Part shown: positions 1-9,565 of the stretch, piece by piece | Numbering within the stretch: position 1 is the first letter of the stretch | How the letters are laid out: the number at the start of each line of letters is the position of its first letter | Assembly: GCA_963716145.1 (NCBI GenBank) | Contig: OY970292.1 | Coordinates: forward strand, 268,104-332,103 | Source of the DNA: Candidatus Levyibacteriota bacterium | GTDB lineage: Bacteria; Patescibacteriota; Microgenomatia; Levybacterales; UBA12049 | DNA: 64,000 bases | Direction: 5' to 3' | Program-made: the position numbers and the translations under genes | The notes under the pieces: model-generated | What the model was told of the DNA's origin: nothing | The model's database searches: none | Seen by the model: only the letters and a program-made list of their open reading frames with translations

Positions 1-1080
1 TCTTGATATTTGTCTGATATCAAACTTCTGAATATCTATCGGTTTTTTTCCTATAGATTCTAAAAAACTTGTGCATTTTTCATCGTATGTAATACCCAGA
101 AAATCAATTCTGTTGCGGTAAGAGAAGATAGCGGCGTGAAGACGCATAGAAATAAAAGAGTCCATAAGCTTAAATGAGGAGAAGAATTTAATAGGAAAAA
201 ATCCTGGGGGTACAATAATCATTGATCTTCTTATGTCTAAGTTTTTTCCAAGTGTTTTATAAATTTTTTGAGCAAATTGTTCATCATTAAAATAGCCATT
301 CTGATAGTCGCAAGCATAAAACCAAAAAGTCGTATCTTTATAATTTTTGTTTAACATTTTTTCTATTTCTGATAGAAGATACTTCTCTTCTTTAACACTG
401 TCAGGCTTAAGTAAAGCAAGTCCCATATTTTTCATTTTGGAATTATATTTTTTCTTAAAAAACTTATCTTTTAGTACTTCCGATTTTGCAGCAAGATTCA
501 TTAAGTAACTATTGTCTTTGTATAACCCTGCATGAAGTTTTTTGCTTTTCAGGTAGACAAACGAATGATAATCTCTGACTGTTACAATCTCAGCAAAACG
601 CAGCAAGTGTGTTGCAATGGATAGTATGATTGGATTTGAATTTTTATATATACCAAGACCCATTGCATATATTTTCTTTTTATAAATCCTAGGTATGATA
701 AAATATAAAAGCAGCATGTATAGCTGGTATATGAATCCAATAATTCCGCGGTCAGCCTTACATATGATTCCTCCACCACCTACAATTACAAAGTTTGACT
801 TTCTAACCTGTCTTATAATTGTCAATAACGAATATAATGAGATTGCTTTTACTTTATGAAGACTTTCTGTATTTTTTGGATTGCGGGAAACTACGCTTAC
901 TTTTAGATTTTTAATTTTACTCAGTTCATATATTTCTCCCGCCAGAATTGCTTCATCTCCTAAGTTCATAGCGCCAAAATTTCCAAAGATTACGCCACTT
1001 CTTTTTCCAGTTGGAAGGCTTTTTTTAATCATGTTTGCAAAATGAAATGTTTTTAAGTTTTTGTATTTATCATTTTTCAT
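1..1080 (-). CDS. Polysaccharide pyruvyl transferase family protein (CsaB/WcaK-like), runs off the window at its 3' end
   Basis: Manual translation from ATG 1080: N-terminal GNFGAMNLGDEAIL and C-terminal MRLHAAIFS...ITYDEK motifs lie in the same frame; absent from the ORF track because no stop falls in the window. Confidence 0.8.
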   Translation of the reverse strand, partial: MKNDKYKNLKTFHFANMIKKSLPTGKRSGVIFGNFGAMNLGDEAILAGEIYELSKIKNLKVSVVSRNPKNTESLHKVKAISLYSLLTIIRQVRKSNFVIVGGGGIICKADRGIIGFIYQLYMLLLYFIIPRIYKKKIYAMGLGIYKNSNPIILSIATHLLRFAEIVTVRDYHSFVYLKSKKLHAGLYKDNSYLMNLAAKSEVLKDKFFKKKYNSKMKNMGLALLKPDSVKEEKYLLSEIEKMLNKNYKDTTFWFYACDYQNGYFNDEQFAQKIYKTLGKNLDIRRSMIIVPPGFFPIKFFSSFKLMDSFISMRLHAAIFSYRNRIDFLGITYDEKCTSFLESIGKKPIDIQKFDIRQISR

Positions 1081-1084
1081 ATAT

Positions 1085-1975
1085 TTATTTTTTCGTAGAA
1101 AGAGCTATGCTCCAGGTAGTCCCAATGTTGCTTTCTTTTCTAAACCTTGATAAAACATTTATAAAAAAATACGCTGAAAAGTTGATAGGGTTTGAAAAAA
1201 AACATTTTATAAAAGTAAAAAAATAAACTGATTTTGGAATATCATATTCCGGTTTTAAATCAAATTTAAAATATTTTTGCATTTCTAATTTAGAATTTTT
1301 AAACCGATTGGATTGTTTTAGGTGATCTGAAAAATTCCTGGGAGTTTTAAAATATATTGTCGCCTGGTCTATAAATTTAGGCTGAAGGCCCTTATCTCTT
1401 GCTGCAAAATAAAGATATGCATCGTTATTAACTATCTCATTTGGCACGTCTATTGATTTTGCAAAAGCTTGTGATAATCCTAAAAAACAACCTTTGAACA
1501 ACAAATAGTTGTTTCCTGTTCTCCATCTCTTACCAATCTCATAAGTTGCCAAAAGACCGGATTTCATAATTTTTCTAAATATACCTGATGACTTATGCGG
1601 CAATCCATTTATTCCAATAAGTCCGGACTTTTTAATACTAACTGAAGCTAAAATTTTTGATATTAATAGATTGTCGGTTATTATAATATCCGCGTCCGTC
1701 AAAAACAGAACTTCGCCTTTGAACATTTTAAATATCTGATCCAGCCTTGCTGATTTACCAATTCGTTCTTTACCAGTTACAAGTTTTATTTTTTTGCTGC
1801 TTATAGCCCCAACTTTATTAATTGTTGCATCAGTTGATCCATCTGAAATAACAATTATTTCAACAATTTTAAAATCATTCTCTGTTTGCGCGAGTATAGA
1901 CAGCAGCAGCTTTTTAATATTTGTTGATTCGTTATATGCTGGAATTCCAATTGAGACAGTAGTAATATTTTTCAT
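1085..1975 (-). CDS. Glycosyltransferase family 2
   Basis: VSIGIPAYNE, SDGSTD and TDAD (DxD) motifs. Confidence 0.9.
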   Translation of the reverse strand: MKNITTVSIGIPAYNESTNIKKLLLSILAQTENDFKIVEIIVISDGSTDATINKVGAISSKKIKLVTGKERIGKSARLDQIFKMFKGEVLFLTDADIIITDNLLISKILASVSIKKSGLIGINGLPHKSSGIFRKIMKSGLLATYEIGKRWRTGNNYLLFKGCFLGLSQAFAKSIDVPNEIVNNDAYLYFAARDKGLQPKFIDQATIYFKTPRNFSDHLKQSNRFKNSKLEMQKYFKFDLKPEYDIPKSVYFFTFIKCFFSNPINFSAYFFINVLSRFRKESNIGTTWSIALSTKK

Positions 1976-1984
1976 ATCAATAGA

Positions 1985-4957
1985 TTAGCTACCTGATACT
2001 AAAGACGCGTATGCTGGCTGAGTGATAGACACACTCTTAATGTTGTTGTCTATCAGCGCATGAAATTCCGATGCGCTTTTGTCCCAGTTGAAGTTTTTTG
2101 ACCACACTAGAGCATTTTTAGAAAGTAAATCTCTGTACTCATTATCTGTAATTAATTTCTTCATAGCTCTACTTAATTGTTCAATATTTTTTGGGTCAAC
2201 TAGTAAGCCTGTTTCTCCATCAATCACTGAGTCTATTAAACCGTTAACGCGGGATGCAATTACAGGCGTTCCATTTGCGTTGGCTTCTATGACTGTAATG
2301 CCCCATCCTTCAATTTGTGATGGCTGAACAACTACCCAGCTTTCCTTTAGCATAAGATTTTTTTGTTCTTCAGTAGCTTTGCCAACAAATGTGACGTTGT
2401 TCTCAAGCTTTAATTTAGACACCAATTTTTTAAGCTTAAGATAGCTTTCACCGGTCCCGATAATCGAAAGGGTGGCATTTTGATGGTCCGTAAGGACTCT
2501 TGCGAATGCTTTGATTGCAATATCTATGTTTTTATAATTTTTGAGTCTACCCAAATATAGAAAAGAAGGAGTGACTGTTTTTACGACTTGAGCATTGCTA
2601 TAACTATACACACCGTTAGAAACAATCTCTATATTTTCTGCAGCAGTAAATCCTATTTTAATTATCTCACGTTTGGATGATTCTGAAACTGTAATTATTT
2701 TTTTATTTTTGTAAACAATAGGCATAAGTTTTCCCTCTAAATATGCGGCTGTTTGAAGGAAGGGAAAGTGCAAAAACTCCCTAAATATTTCCTGATGCAC
2801 GTGATGAATTAAAAGTATCACAGGAATCCTTGAGTATAGAGGTGAGAAAAAGGGAATTCCATTTTCGCAATCTATAATCAGGTCAACTTTTTTCCTAAAA
2901 ATGAACATATAGTATAAAAAGGCAAAAAGATAAACCGTATATGTTCCGCCTCTTCTTATAATCTCAACCCCGTCCACCTTTTCATTTAATAGACTTTTGT
3001 TGTCATTTCCGCAAAAGACCGTTACCCGGCTTCCGGTTTTAACCCACCTTTTAGCAAGCTCATGTATATAAACCTCAGCACCTCCTGCGTAAATATGTCC
3101 CGTGTCACGCCAATTAAAAATTAAAATATGATTAAGTCTGTTCTGACTCTTTTCAGGGAAGTGCGTAGTAAGTAAATTGTAGATACTTAGAACGTTCATT
3201 TTCATACTTACAACTACTGAATTGAGACCGGTTACAATCAATTGAAGAACAGGATGAAACGTCATCGTTCCATCAAGTGCGTACTTTTTGTATTTGTTTG
3301 CTAAATGGAGGCCATGGGTAGTTTTTTCCCAATAATGAGGTTTTGCTATGAGCTGATATAAAGCAATTACTCCCGCCCAGCTCATCAATGCCCAGTAAAA
3401 GGGTATGAAAAAAACATATTTCATTAAGTCCCATTCTTTTTTTCTACCACAGGCGATCATATAGTAATAAACAAACAAAAAATTTCCAAAAATCCATGAG
3501 AATACAGCAATATAAGAAATAGGCGGGGTGTAAACTGTTTCAAGAAGCGGACCAGCGAAAGCATAGGAAGTAAAATAAAGTATGGTAATTATCCACATTA
3601 ACGGGTTTATCAGTACAAACAAAATTTTTCCACCTACAGTAAGCTGGAAAACTATATAGTGAAGTATGCCTTTTTCGTCAATAAAGTCCTTATAATTTCT
3701 TGTGTGTACCAAGTACGTCTGCATGTATCCTTTTAGCCATCTGGATCGCTGCCGTACCCAATTCTTTATTCCGCTCGTTGCTTCTTCTAACGTTGTTGAT
3801 TCAATAACAGCTGTTCGAAACCCTTTTTGAAAAAGTCTAACTCCTAAGTCAGCGTCTTCTGTAACGTTAAAAGGGTCCCATCCCTGAAGGGATTTTAGTC
3901 TTTCTGTTTTAAAATGATTACTAGTTCCACCGAGCGGGAGACTGGAGCTAAATGACTGTAATCCGGTAAGCATTATGTCAAACCACAGCGCGTACTCTAC
4001 TGTAAAAAAGCGTGTTAAGTAGTTTGCTCTCGAGTTATAATAATTAAGCTTTGCTTGAAGACACTGAACATCTTCAGGCACTGTCTGAAAACCAAGATAA
4101 GCCTTTTTAAGCTGCAAAGGGTCAGGAATATCTTCAGCATCATAAACCACTAAATATTCACCAACAGCCAAGTTTAATCCGTAATTACAGGCTTTTGGCT
4201 TGGTTTTGGGAAGAGAAGGAGGGACTATAATTTTCCTAATGTAGGAAGGTAGTATCAATTTATCAAGTATTTTAATTGTTTCTTTATCATCTTCCTCCAG
4301 AAGAAGCAGAACGTCCAATTTTTCTTTTGGGTAATCAAGATTGTTTATAGCTTCTAAGAATTGAGGAAAAATATGCGCTTCTTTATAAAGTGGGCATAAA
4401 ACCGAATAAATCGGGAGTTTTGATTCGTCAATCGATGCCAAATCAGAATTGCTAAATGCCAATTCTCTAGGGCGCTGCATGCTGCTGTATACAACAGCAA
4501 AATTGAAAATAACATCCGCAAAATAGAGAATGCTAACAATTGCGGCAACAAGCTTCAGCGTCAAAATTGGGGAGACTACTAGGCCCAAAACTATAGTAAT
4601 CGCGATCCCTCCAATTGCAGCTTTTTGGATTAGACTAAATGTTTTGGCAGCAGAAAGTGAAAATGGAAGCGTGGTATGGGTGATATATTGTTGCGTGTTG
4701 TAGACAATTCCAGCTCCTGTCATGGAGGAAGCAAATTCAGGAAGTATTGCAGTCACTTGTGGCTTTGAATCTAATTTACCAAGAATTATTGCTGCATAAT
4801 TGCCATACAACTCTCTTAACTTCTCAATTATTGTTAGAAAGTTTTCAGCAGTATTTGCTATCTCAGATCTTAGTGAAGAAATAACACTTCCTTCTGTTCG
4901 TGAGAAATCAACTATAACAACTGCGTTGTTTAGGTCAAAAGACCGTATTATGCTCAT
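1985..4957 (-). CDS. Processive GT2 (cellulose-synthase-like) fused to a C-terminal GT4 domain
   Basis: YDAED, TED and QRSRW motifs with TM helices, then GGAE ... EGWGITVIEA GT4 signature. Confidence 0.88.
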   Translation of the reverse strand: MSIIRSFDLNNAVVIVDFSRTEGSVISSLRSEIANTAENFLTIIEKLRELYGNYAAIILGKLDSKPQVTAILPEFASSMTGAGIVYNTQQYITHTTLPFSLSAAKTFSLIQKAAIGGIAITIVLGLVVSPILTLKLVAAIVSILYFADVIFNFAVVYSSMQRPRELAFSNSDLASIDESKLPIYSVLCPLYKEAHIFPQFLEAINNLDYPKEKLDVLLLLEEDDKETIKILDKLILPSYIRKIIVPPSLPKTKPKACNYGLNLAVGEYLVVYDAEDIPDPLQLKKAYLGFQTVPEDVQCLQAKLNYYNSRANYLTRFFTVEYALWFDIMLTGLQSFSSSLPLGGTSNHFKTERLKSLQGWDPFNVTEDADLGVRLFQKGFRTAVIESTTLEEATSGIKNWVRQRSRWLKGYMQTYLVHTRNYKDFIDEKGILHYIVFQLTVGGKILFVLINPLMWIITILYFTSYAFAGPLLETVYTPPISYIAVFSWIFGNFLFVYYYMIACGRKKEWDLMKYVFFIPFYWALMSWAGVIALYQLIAKPHYWEKTTHGLHLANKYKKYALDGTMTFHPVLQLIVTGLNSVVVSMKMNVLSIYNLLTTHFPEKSQNRLNHILIFNWRDTGHIYAGGAEVYIHELAKRWVKTGSRVTVFCGNDNKSLLNEKVDGVEIIRRGGTYTVYLFAFLYYMFIFRKKVDLIIDCENGIPFFSPLYSRIPVILLIHHVHQEIFREFLHFPFLQTAAYLEGKLMPIVYKNKKIITVSESSKREIIKIGFTAAENIEIVSNGVYSYSNAQVVKTVTPSFLYLGRLKNYKNIDIAIKAFARVLTDHQNATLSIIGTGESYLKLKKLVSKLKLENNVTFVGKATEEQKNLMLKESWVVVQPSQIEGWGITVIEANANGTPVIASRVNGLIDSVIDGETGLLVDPKNIEQLSRAMKKLITDNEYRDLLSKNALVWSKNFNWDKSASEFHALIDNNIKSVSITQPAYASLVSGS

Positions 4958-5072
4958 AATTAGACACTTTAGGCAGGGGATTTTAAAACTATTATATCTT
5001 ATAGTATCATTTTTGTCAATTAGGAGCGTTTGAAGACAAATCGGTGGTATTCAAACCTAAAATATAGCAATA

Positions 5073-7160
5073 TTAGAGTAGAATCATCTTCAGAGTTTTA
5101 AGCTTTACAGTTAAGCTGTTAGTGTTTGAAAATAAAAATGAAATTTTTTCTTTCTCTCTTGCGAATCTTAATGCAGTGTAAGCAGTCATAGTAGATAAAA
5201 GTATCCAAATATAGTTAAAATTTCCAGTAGTGCTTGATTTACTTGCTGAGTAGGGCAAGAGATAACTTGCCTTATAAGGATTTAGTTTAATGGTGCTTGC
5301 GCCGGCAATTAGTTGATTGTTTTCTACAAGCGTAGCAGTGACTCCTAATACATTAAAAATACTGTCAGAAACAGCCGATATGCTCTCACCGAGTGGCCCA
5401 ACGCTCCCCGTAGCCGTAGCTCTTGCTGTATATTTACCGTTAACTGTTTGTGACAAAACAAATCCTGTTGAGACATGAAGTGTTTTATTAGCTGGAATAT
5501 CCCCCAGGTTAAATTCCGCGCCGCCGGCATCTTTTCCATCTTGAATAAGACGAAGATTTAGCTTTGCTCCATAAATCTTACCACCTCCCGTATTTTTGAC
5601 ATCCACAAAAAATGTAACTGTGTCTCCTGGATTTACGTGATCAGCTACATTATTTTTTGAATCTATTGCCAATGCTCCGCCACTCTCCAGACTTGAATCG
5701 CTGTTATTTGCTGCATTTACTTTATTTTCAGGTTCAGACTGAGCTAGCTGATTATCTGAGGAGGAGTTTGCAATTTGTTTTTGCCCTCCTATATTTCCAT
5801 GCCAATTACCAAAAATGTTCAAAAATCCAAAAAAACCGGTAGAATTTATAAAATTACTGTTAATAAAGTTAATCAGTGAAACCGCGCTAAAAGCATTTCC
5901 GCTGGTTATTTTACCGGATCCTCCATTTATATTGTTTCCACCAGTATTGGCGTTTGAGACAATTTTATTGTTAACAATTGCAGTATTTAAGATTTCCGTG
6001 TCAGGACATAAATCGCAAGTACTACTGTTTTGGTTTTGATCTGAAAGAGCTAAGCTTTCTCCGCCTGGCTGAGCACCAAATTCATACCAACCCACAAAGC
6101 TGCCATCCCAATCTCCCAAAATATTTATAAATAAAGATTCTATGTTTGAATTAACAAAATTTTGATTAACCAAATTCAAAACATTAACAACACTTTTTGC
6201 GTCTCCTGTATTATTATCCGAGCTAGCTGATGCTGTATTTTCTCCGGAATTTGCGCTTGAGTCTACGGTATTGCCTACAACAGCACTGTTTTGAGAATCT
6301 ATGCCTGAGGGACAATCAATGCAATCTTGGTTTTCTGGATTTTCAGGCAGGATTATGTTTCCATTTAAGCTACCGAAAACATTAATTGTTACGATGTGTA
6401 TTGTTGAATTTATAATCGTGAAGTTTACCTTGTTGAGAAGTGAAACAGTAGAATAAGCATTTCCGGTAGATATACTTGAATTCCCTTCACCCGAATCTAC
6501 AATATTATTGCCTGTGTTGGCTGTTGACACAATTGTATTTGTGACATATGCAAAATTACTAACATTCACAACAGACATATTTATAATAGGATCATTTGGA
6601 TGATCCTGAATTGCCTGAGTTGCCAACTTATAAGGATCTGAGAGATTCAAATCACCATTTTGATCTACATAAATATTTATAGTCTGCATCACAACGCTTG
6701 AGTTAACAGAATTCGAGTTGACATCATTTTCAACGCTGGTTACCGAAACAGCATCTCCTGTCGTACTTGTTGATTCTGAGTTTTGAGAATTAGAATTATT
6801 ATTACTCGCGTTATCAGATTTTGGTGAAGACCCCGATGATACATTATTGCCTCCGGTATTTGAAGTCGTAGTCGCTTCAGTACTGACAACTGCCGTATTA
6901 TCATTTGTAGCAGGTGGCGCCTCTGTCGGCGTCACAGACTCATCAAATAATGCAGGGGTTGGCGTAGGGGATACCGAATCATCTGGAGTTGGACTTGGGG
7001 TGTCAGTTGGTGTATTAGTTGGAGTTACTGCAGGTGTTTCTGTAGGTGTGAGGTCAGAAGCTACTTCCTGAGCGTAGGAAATAACAGGATAGCCGGCAGA
7101 ATAAAACAGCATCAAAACCGTAAGACTAATTGCTAAGTATTTTTTAAATATTTTTTTCAT
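5073..7160 (-). CDS. Large secreted Asn/Thr/Ser-rich repeat protein with PT linker, Ig/CARDB-like domain and C-terminal TM anchor
   Basis: Signal peptide; four NTGxN...TGxA...N repeats; PGDTVTFFVDVKNTG Ig-like strand; hydrophobic tail followed by basic residues. Confidence 0.75.
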   Translation of the reverse strand: MKKIFKKYLAISLTVLMLFYSAGYPVISYAQEVASDLTPTETPAVTPTNTPTDTPSPTPDDSVSPTPTPALFDESVTPTEAPPATNDNTAVVSTEATTTSNTGGNNVSSGSSPKSDNASNNNSNSQNSESTSTTGDAVSVTSVENDVNSNSVNSSVVMQTINIYVDQNGDLNLSDPYKLATQAIQDHPNDPIINMSVVNVSNFAYVTNTIVSTANTGNNIVDSGEGNSSISTGNAYSTVSLLNKVNFTIINSTIHIVTINVFGSLNGNIILPENPENQDCIDCPSGIDSQNSAVVGNTVDSSANSGENTASASSDNNTGDAKSVVNVLNLVNQNFVNSNIESLFINILGDWDGSFVGWYEFGAQPGGESLALSDQNQNSSTCDLCPDTEILNTAIVNNKIVSNANTGGNNINGGSGKITSGNAFSAVSLINFINSNFINSTGFFGFLNIFGNWHGNIGGQKQIANSSSDNQLAQSEPENKVNAANNSDSSLESGGALAIDSKNNVADHVNPGDTVTFFVDVKNTGGGKIYGAKLNLRLIQDGKDAGGAEFNLGDIPANKTLHVSTGFVLSQTVNGKYTARATATGSVGPLGESISAVSDSIFNVLGVTATLVENNQLIAGASTIKLNPYKASYLLPYSASKSSTTGNFNYIWILLSTMTAYTALRFAREKEKISFLFSNTNSLTVKLKTLKMILL

Positions 7161-7216
7161 TTTTAAGTTTTAAGTTTTAAGTTTTAAGTTTTAAGTTTTA
7201 AGTTTTAAGTTTTAAG
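7161..7216. repeat. Perfect heptamer tandem repeat (TTTTAAG)x8 abutting the start codon of the 695-aa gene
   Basis: Eight exact copies counted directly. Confidence 0.97.
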
Positions 7217-7227
7217 TTTTTAAATTC

Positions 7228-7277
7228 TTCTGTCCCGGGGAGAACGCCCAAAGGGCTTTGTCTCCCCGAAGACAGAA
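7228..7277 (-). other. GC-rich intergenic stem-loop between small and large repeat-protein genes
   Basis: TTCTGTC/GACAGAA, CGGGGAGA/TCTCCCCG and GCCC/GGGC nested pairings; no U-tract on the coding strand. Confidence 0.75.
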
Positions 7278-7300
7278 AACAAATATAACATTAGCTAATA

Positions 7301-7711
7301 TTAGTTAATGTTTGTATTAACTACTGTTGTTACACAAGCTGTAGAGCTTGCATTTCCTGTGCTTGATCTATTGCTGGAAAGTAACCCAGCTCCTCCTGTT
7401 GTTAAATTTAAACCAGTGTTTGAAGCAGTATTAACGTTGTTTCCTACTACTCCTACGTTTGTATTAAAACCAGATCCAGTGTTTGTATTTGCAACCGTTG
7501 TTACTGTTGCGTTTGAGCTTGCATTTCCAGTTCTAGATCTATTGCTGGAAAAAAATCCACCAGTTCCCATTGTTGCGTTTAAACCAGTGTTTGAGCTGGT
7601 GTTAACGTTATTTCCAACTAAGGCAAAGTTGAAATTTGCTGCAAATGATGGAACTGCAGATGCAGCTAGCATTACCGCTGCTGCTCCTGTTGCAATTAAT
7701 TTTTTGATCAT
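7301..7711 (-). CDS. Small secreted Asn/Thr/Gly repeat protein (two repeats of about 50 aa)
   Basis: Signal peptide ending SFA; VGNNVNT(S/A)SNTGLN...SSNRSxTGNASS...VTTVxNTN twice; strong SD AAGGAGGT at 7720-7727. Confidence 0.85.
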   Translation of the reverse strand: MIKKLIATGAAAVMLAASAVPSFAANFNFALVGNNVNTSSNTGLNATMGTGGFFSSNRSRTGNASSNATVTTVANTNTGSGFNTNVGVVGNNVNTASNTGLNLTTGGAGLLSSNRSSTGNASSTACVTTVVNTNIN

Positions 7712-7766
7712 TATATTTCACCTCCTTTCGTTTTGGGATAGTTTCGTTTAAACGAATCTAAACACT

Positions 7767-7799
7767 AAAAAACCGCTGTCTGATTTCTCATACAACGGT
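7767..7799 (-). terminator. Intrinsic terminator-like hairpin inside the 5' leader of the small repeat-protein gene
   Basis: Minus strand ACCGTTGT...ACAGCGGT followed by a U-run; TTGACA upstream at 7936-7941. Confidence 0.6.
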
Positions 7800-7969
7800 C
7801 CGCAAAAAATAATTGTGTTATTCTTTTCTTCATAACCTGCCTGAATTATTAGATTTTAATTAATAGATTTTAAAATGATCCGTTGGGGCAGAATTAGCGA
7901 GCAGCGTGTATATTTTTACACCTAAAACGATTTTCTGTCAATAGCCTATAAAGTTTTATTAATTTTCTC

Positions 7970-8578
7970 TTACAGATGCGGGGCAGCGGTTACAATTAAT
8001 CTTTTTTCGTCATTGTAACCTGTACATGTGTAAAGAGTAAGCGTTTCTTTTTTTGTGGGTTCAATAGCCTCCTTTTGATTAGGATATACTGCCGCTATTT
8101 TATTGACTTTGTAGGAATACCATTTATTTTTGGTAAATACATAAATACTATCTCCATTTTTTATATCTTTTAAATTGTAAAATAGTCCCGCTCGAGCATG
8201 AGCAAAAATTACAGTATTTGAATGTTGACCCGGTGTTCCACTTCCTTCACCATATGAAGCATAAGTTTCTGATGTTTCCCAATAACCGTCAACAATTTTT
8301 GCAGGGATAACTTTAAGGTCAATATCAGACTTAGGGATGATTACTCTGACCGGGATATTTTGACTACTTGCTGAGTTAAGCAATTCAGGACTAATAGTGA
8401 TGGGGTTTTTGCTGACACGCTTTGGTAAAAATGAAGGGATCAACAAAACAGTAAGAGCAAGTAACAACAAGATTACTCCAATTATTTTATTTGCAATCAG
8501 ATAAAAAACATTTCTTTTTGGAGGTAAGACCTTTTTCTGAGTATGTTGCTTGGAGTTTTTAGATTTACTCTTAGGCAT
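7970..8578 (-). CDS. Sortase
   Basis: N-terminal TM anchor, NTVIFAHA His, TLTLYTC catalytic Cys, downstream KRLIV Arg. Confidence 0.92.
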   Translation of the reverse strand: MPKSKSKNSKQHTQKKVLPPKRNVFYLIANKIIGVILLLLALTVLLIPSFLPKRVSKNPITISPELLNSASSQNIPVRVIIPKSDIDLKVIPAKIVDGYWETSETYASYGEGSGTPGQHSNTVIFAHARAGLFYNLKDIKNGDSIYVFTKNKWYSYKVNKIAAVYPNQKEAIEPTKKETLTLYTCTGYNDEKRLIVTAAPHL

Positions 8579-9002
8579 TCTTGATGAGGAACTTGCGAGC
8601 TGCCAAGCTTAATCCAAGCGCCGCAAACAATTGCGCAAATTCAATGTATCCGTTTTGCTTTGAGCTTGTATGAGAAAGCCCCTGGACTGCTTGAATAGCC
8701 GGCTGAGGAGAACTCGACCTTCCATCTGATCTACCATCGGACCTTCCATCTGATCTACCATCTCCCGGACCACCTGTATTATTGTTAGATGGAGGAGATG
8801 TTGGTGTTGGTGTGGGAGCTGAGGTTGGTTGAGCTAAAGTAGGAGTAACACAGTCGCAAGGAGGTATTGTAATCGGAAGTGATGGCAATATTATAGTTGG
8901 GACATTGCAATCATTACACTGTGCAGTAACCGTATTGGATGACAAAACTGGCGCAAGCCATAATGCAGCAAAAATTAAAATAAGAGCGAAAAGTTTTTTC
9001 AT
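8571..9002 (-). CDS. Secreted Pro/Thr-rich protein with DGRS repeats and sorting-signal-like C-terminus
   Basis: Signal peptide, CxxC and CxC, (DGRS)x4, LSHTS + hydrophobic stretch + RKFLIK; overlaps the sortase start. Confidence 0.7.
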   Translation of the reverse strand: MKKLFALILIFAALWLAPVLSSNTVTAQCNDCNVPTIILPSLPITIPPCDCVTPTLAQPTSAPTPTPTSPPSNNNTGGPGDGRSDGRSDGRSDGRSSSPQPAIQAVQGLSHTSSKQNGYIEFAQLFAALGLSLAARKFLIKNA

Positions 9003-9046
9003 AACAAAAAAGTTAATGGGCAGAGTTTGGGGCAGTTAGTTTTTGG

Positions 9047-9075
9047 AGTATATTATAAAATTTCCTATTTGTCAA
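9047..9075 (-). promoter_or_regulatory. Sigma70-type promoter for the sortase operon
   Basis: TTGACA-17 nt-TATACT on the minus strand. Confidence 0.7.
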
Positions 9076-9124
9076 CATCCAATTTAAGTTATATAATAAA
9101 AAGCATAATTGATTTTTACTCTGT

Positions 9125-9562
9125 ATGAAAAAACTTCTACAAAAATATAATCACAATATTCCATATGTCACACTTGTCTTAACAATTGTATCCACCCTGG
9201 CTAGCCTTTATTTTAGTGAGGTTTTGCACCTTATTCCGTGTGTTCTTTGCTGGTATCAAAGGATCGCGATGTATTCCATGGTTCCCGTTATAACAGTTGG
9301 AATCCTGTTAAAAGATAAAAATCTTCCCCTCTATATTTTACCCCTGAGCATAATTGGGTGGGGGATTGCGCTTTATCACAATCTATTGTATTACCATTTT
9401 CTGCCGGAAAGTATTGCACCATGTACTGCAGGTGTGTCCTGCACAAACCGATTTTTTCAAATCTTTGGATTTATTGATATTCCGCTAGGATCATTTATCG
9501 CCTTTACATTAATTAACATTTGTATGATAATATATCTTAAGAATTTAAAAATTAAAAAATAA
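9125..9562 (+). CDS. Disulfide bond formation protein DsbB/BdbC family
   Basis: PCVLCWYQRI motif, four TM helices, second Cys pair. Confidence 0.92.
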   Translation: MKKLLQKYNHNIPYVTLVLTIVSTLASLYFSEVLHLIPCVLCWYQRIAMYSMVPVITVGILLKDKNLPLYILPLSIIGWGIALYHNLLYYHFLPESIAPCTAGVSCTNRFFQIFGFIDIPLGSFIAFTLINICMIIYLKNLKIKK

Positions 9563-9565
9563 ATT

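Noticed and set aside
7161-7216. Tandem repeat as a CRISPR array
   Set aside because: 7-nt units with no spacers; no cas genes or repeat-spacer pattern seen in the window
7308-7751. 147-aa plus-strand ORF, and the many other antisense or overlapping ORFs in the track
   Set aside because: Shadows of real genes on the opposite strand or frame, without motifs or initiation signals
8715-8765. 12-nt DGRS repeats and PT-rich linkers as a variable or diversifying locus
   Set aside because: Synonymous divergence between units indicates ordinary protein-level low-complexity linkers
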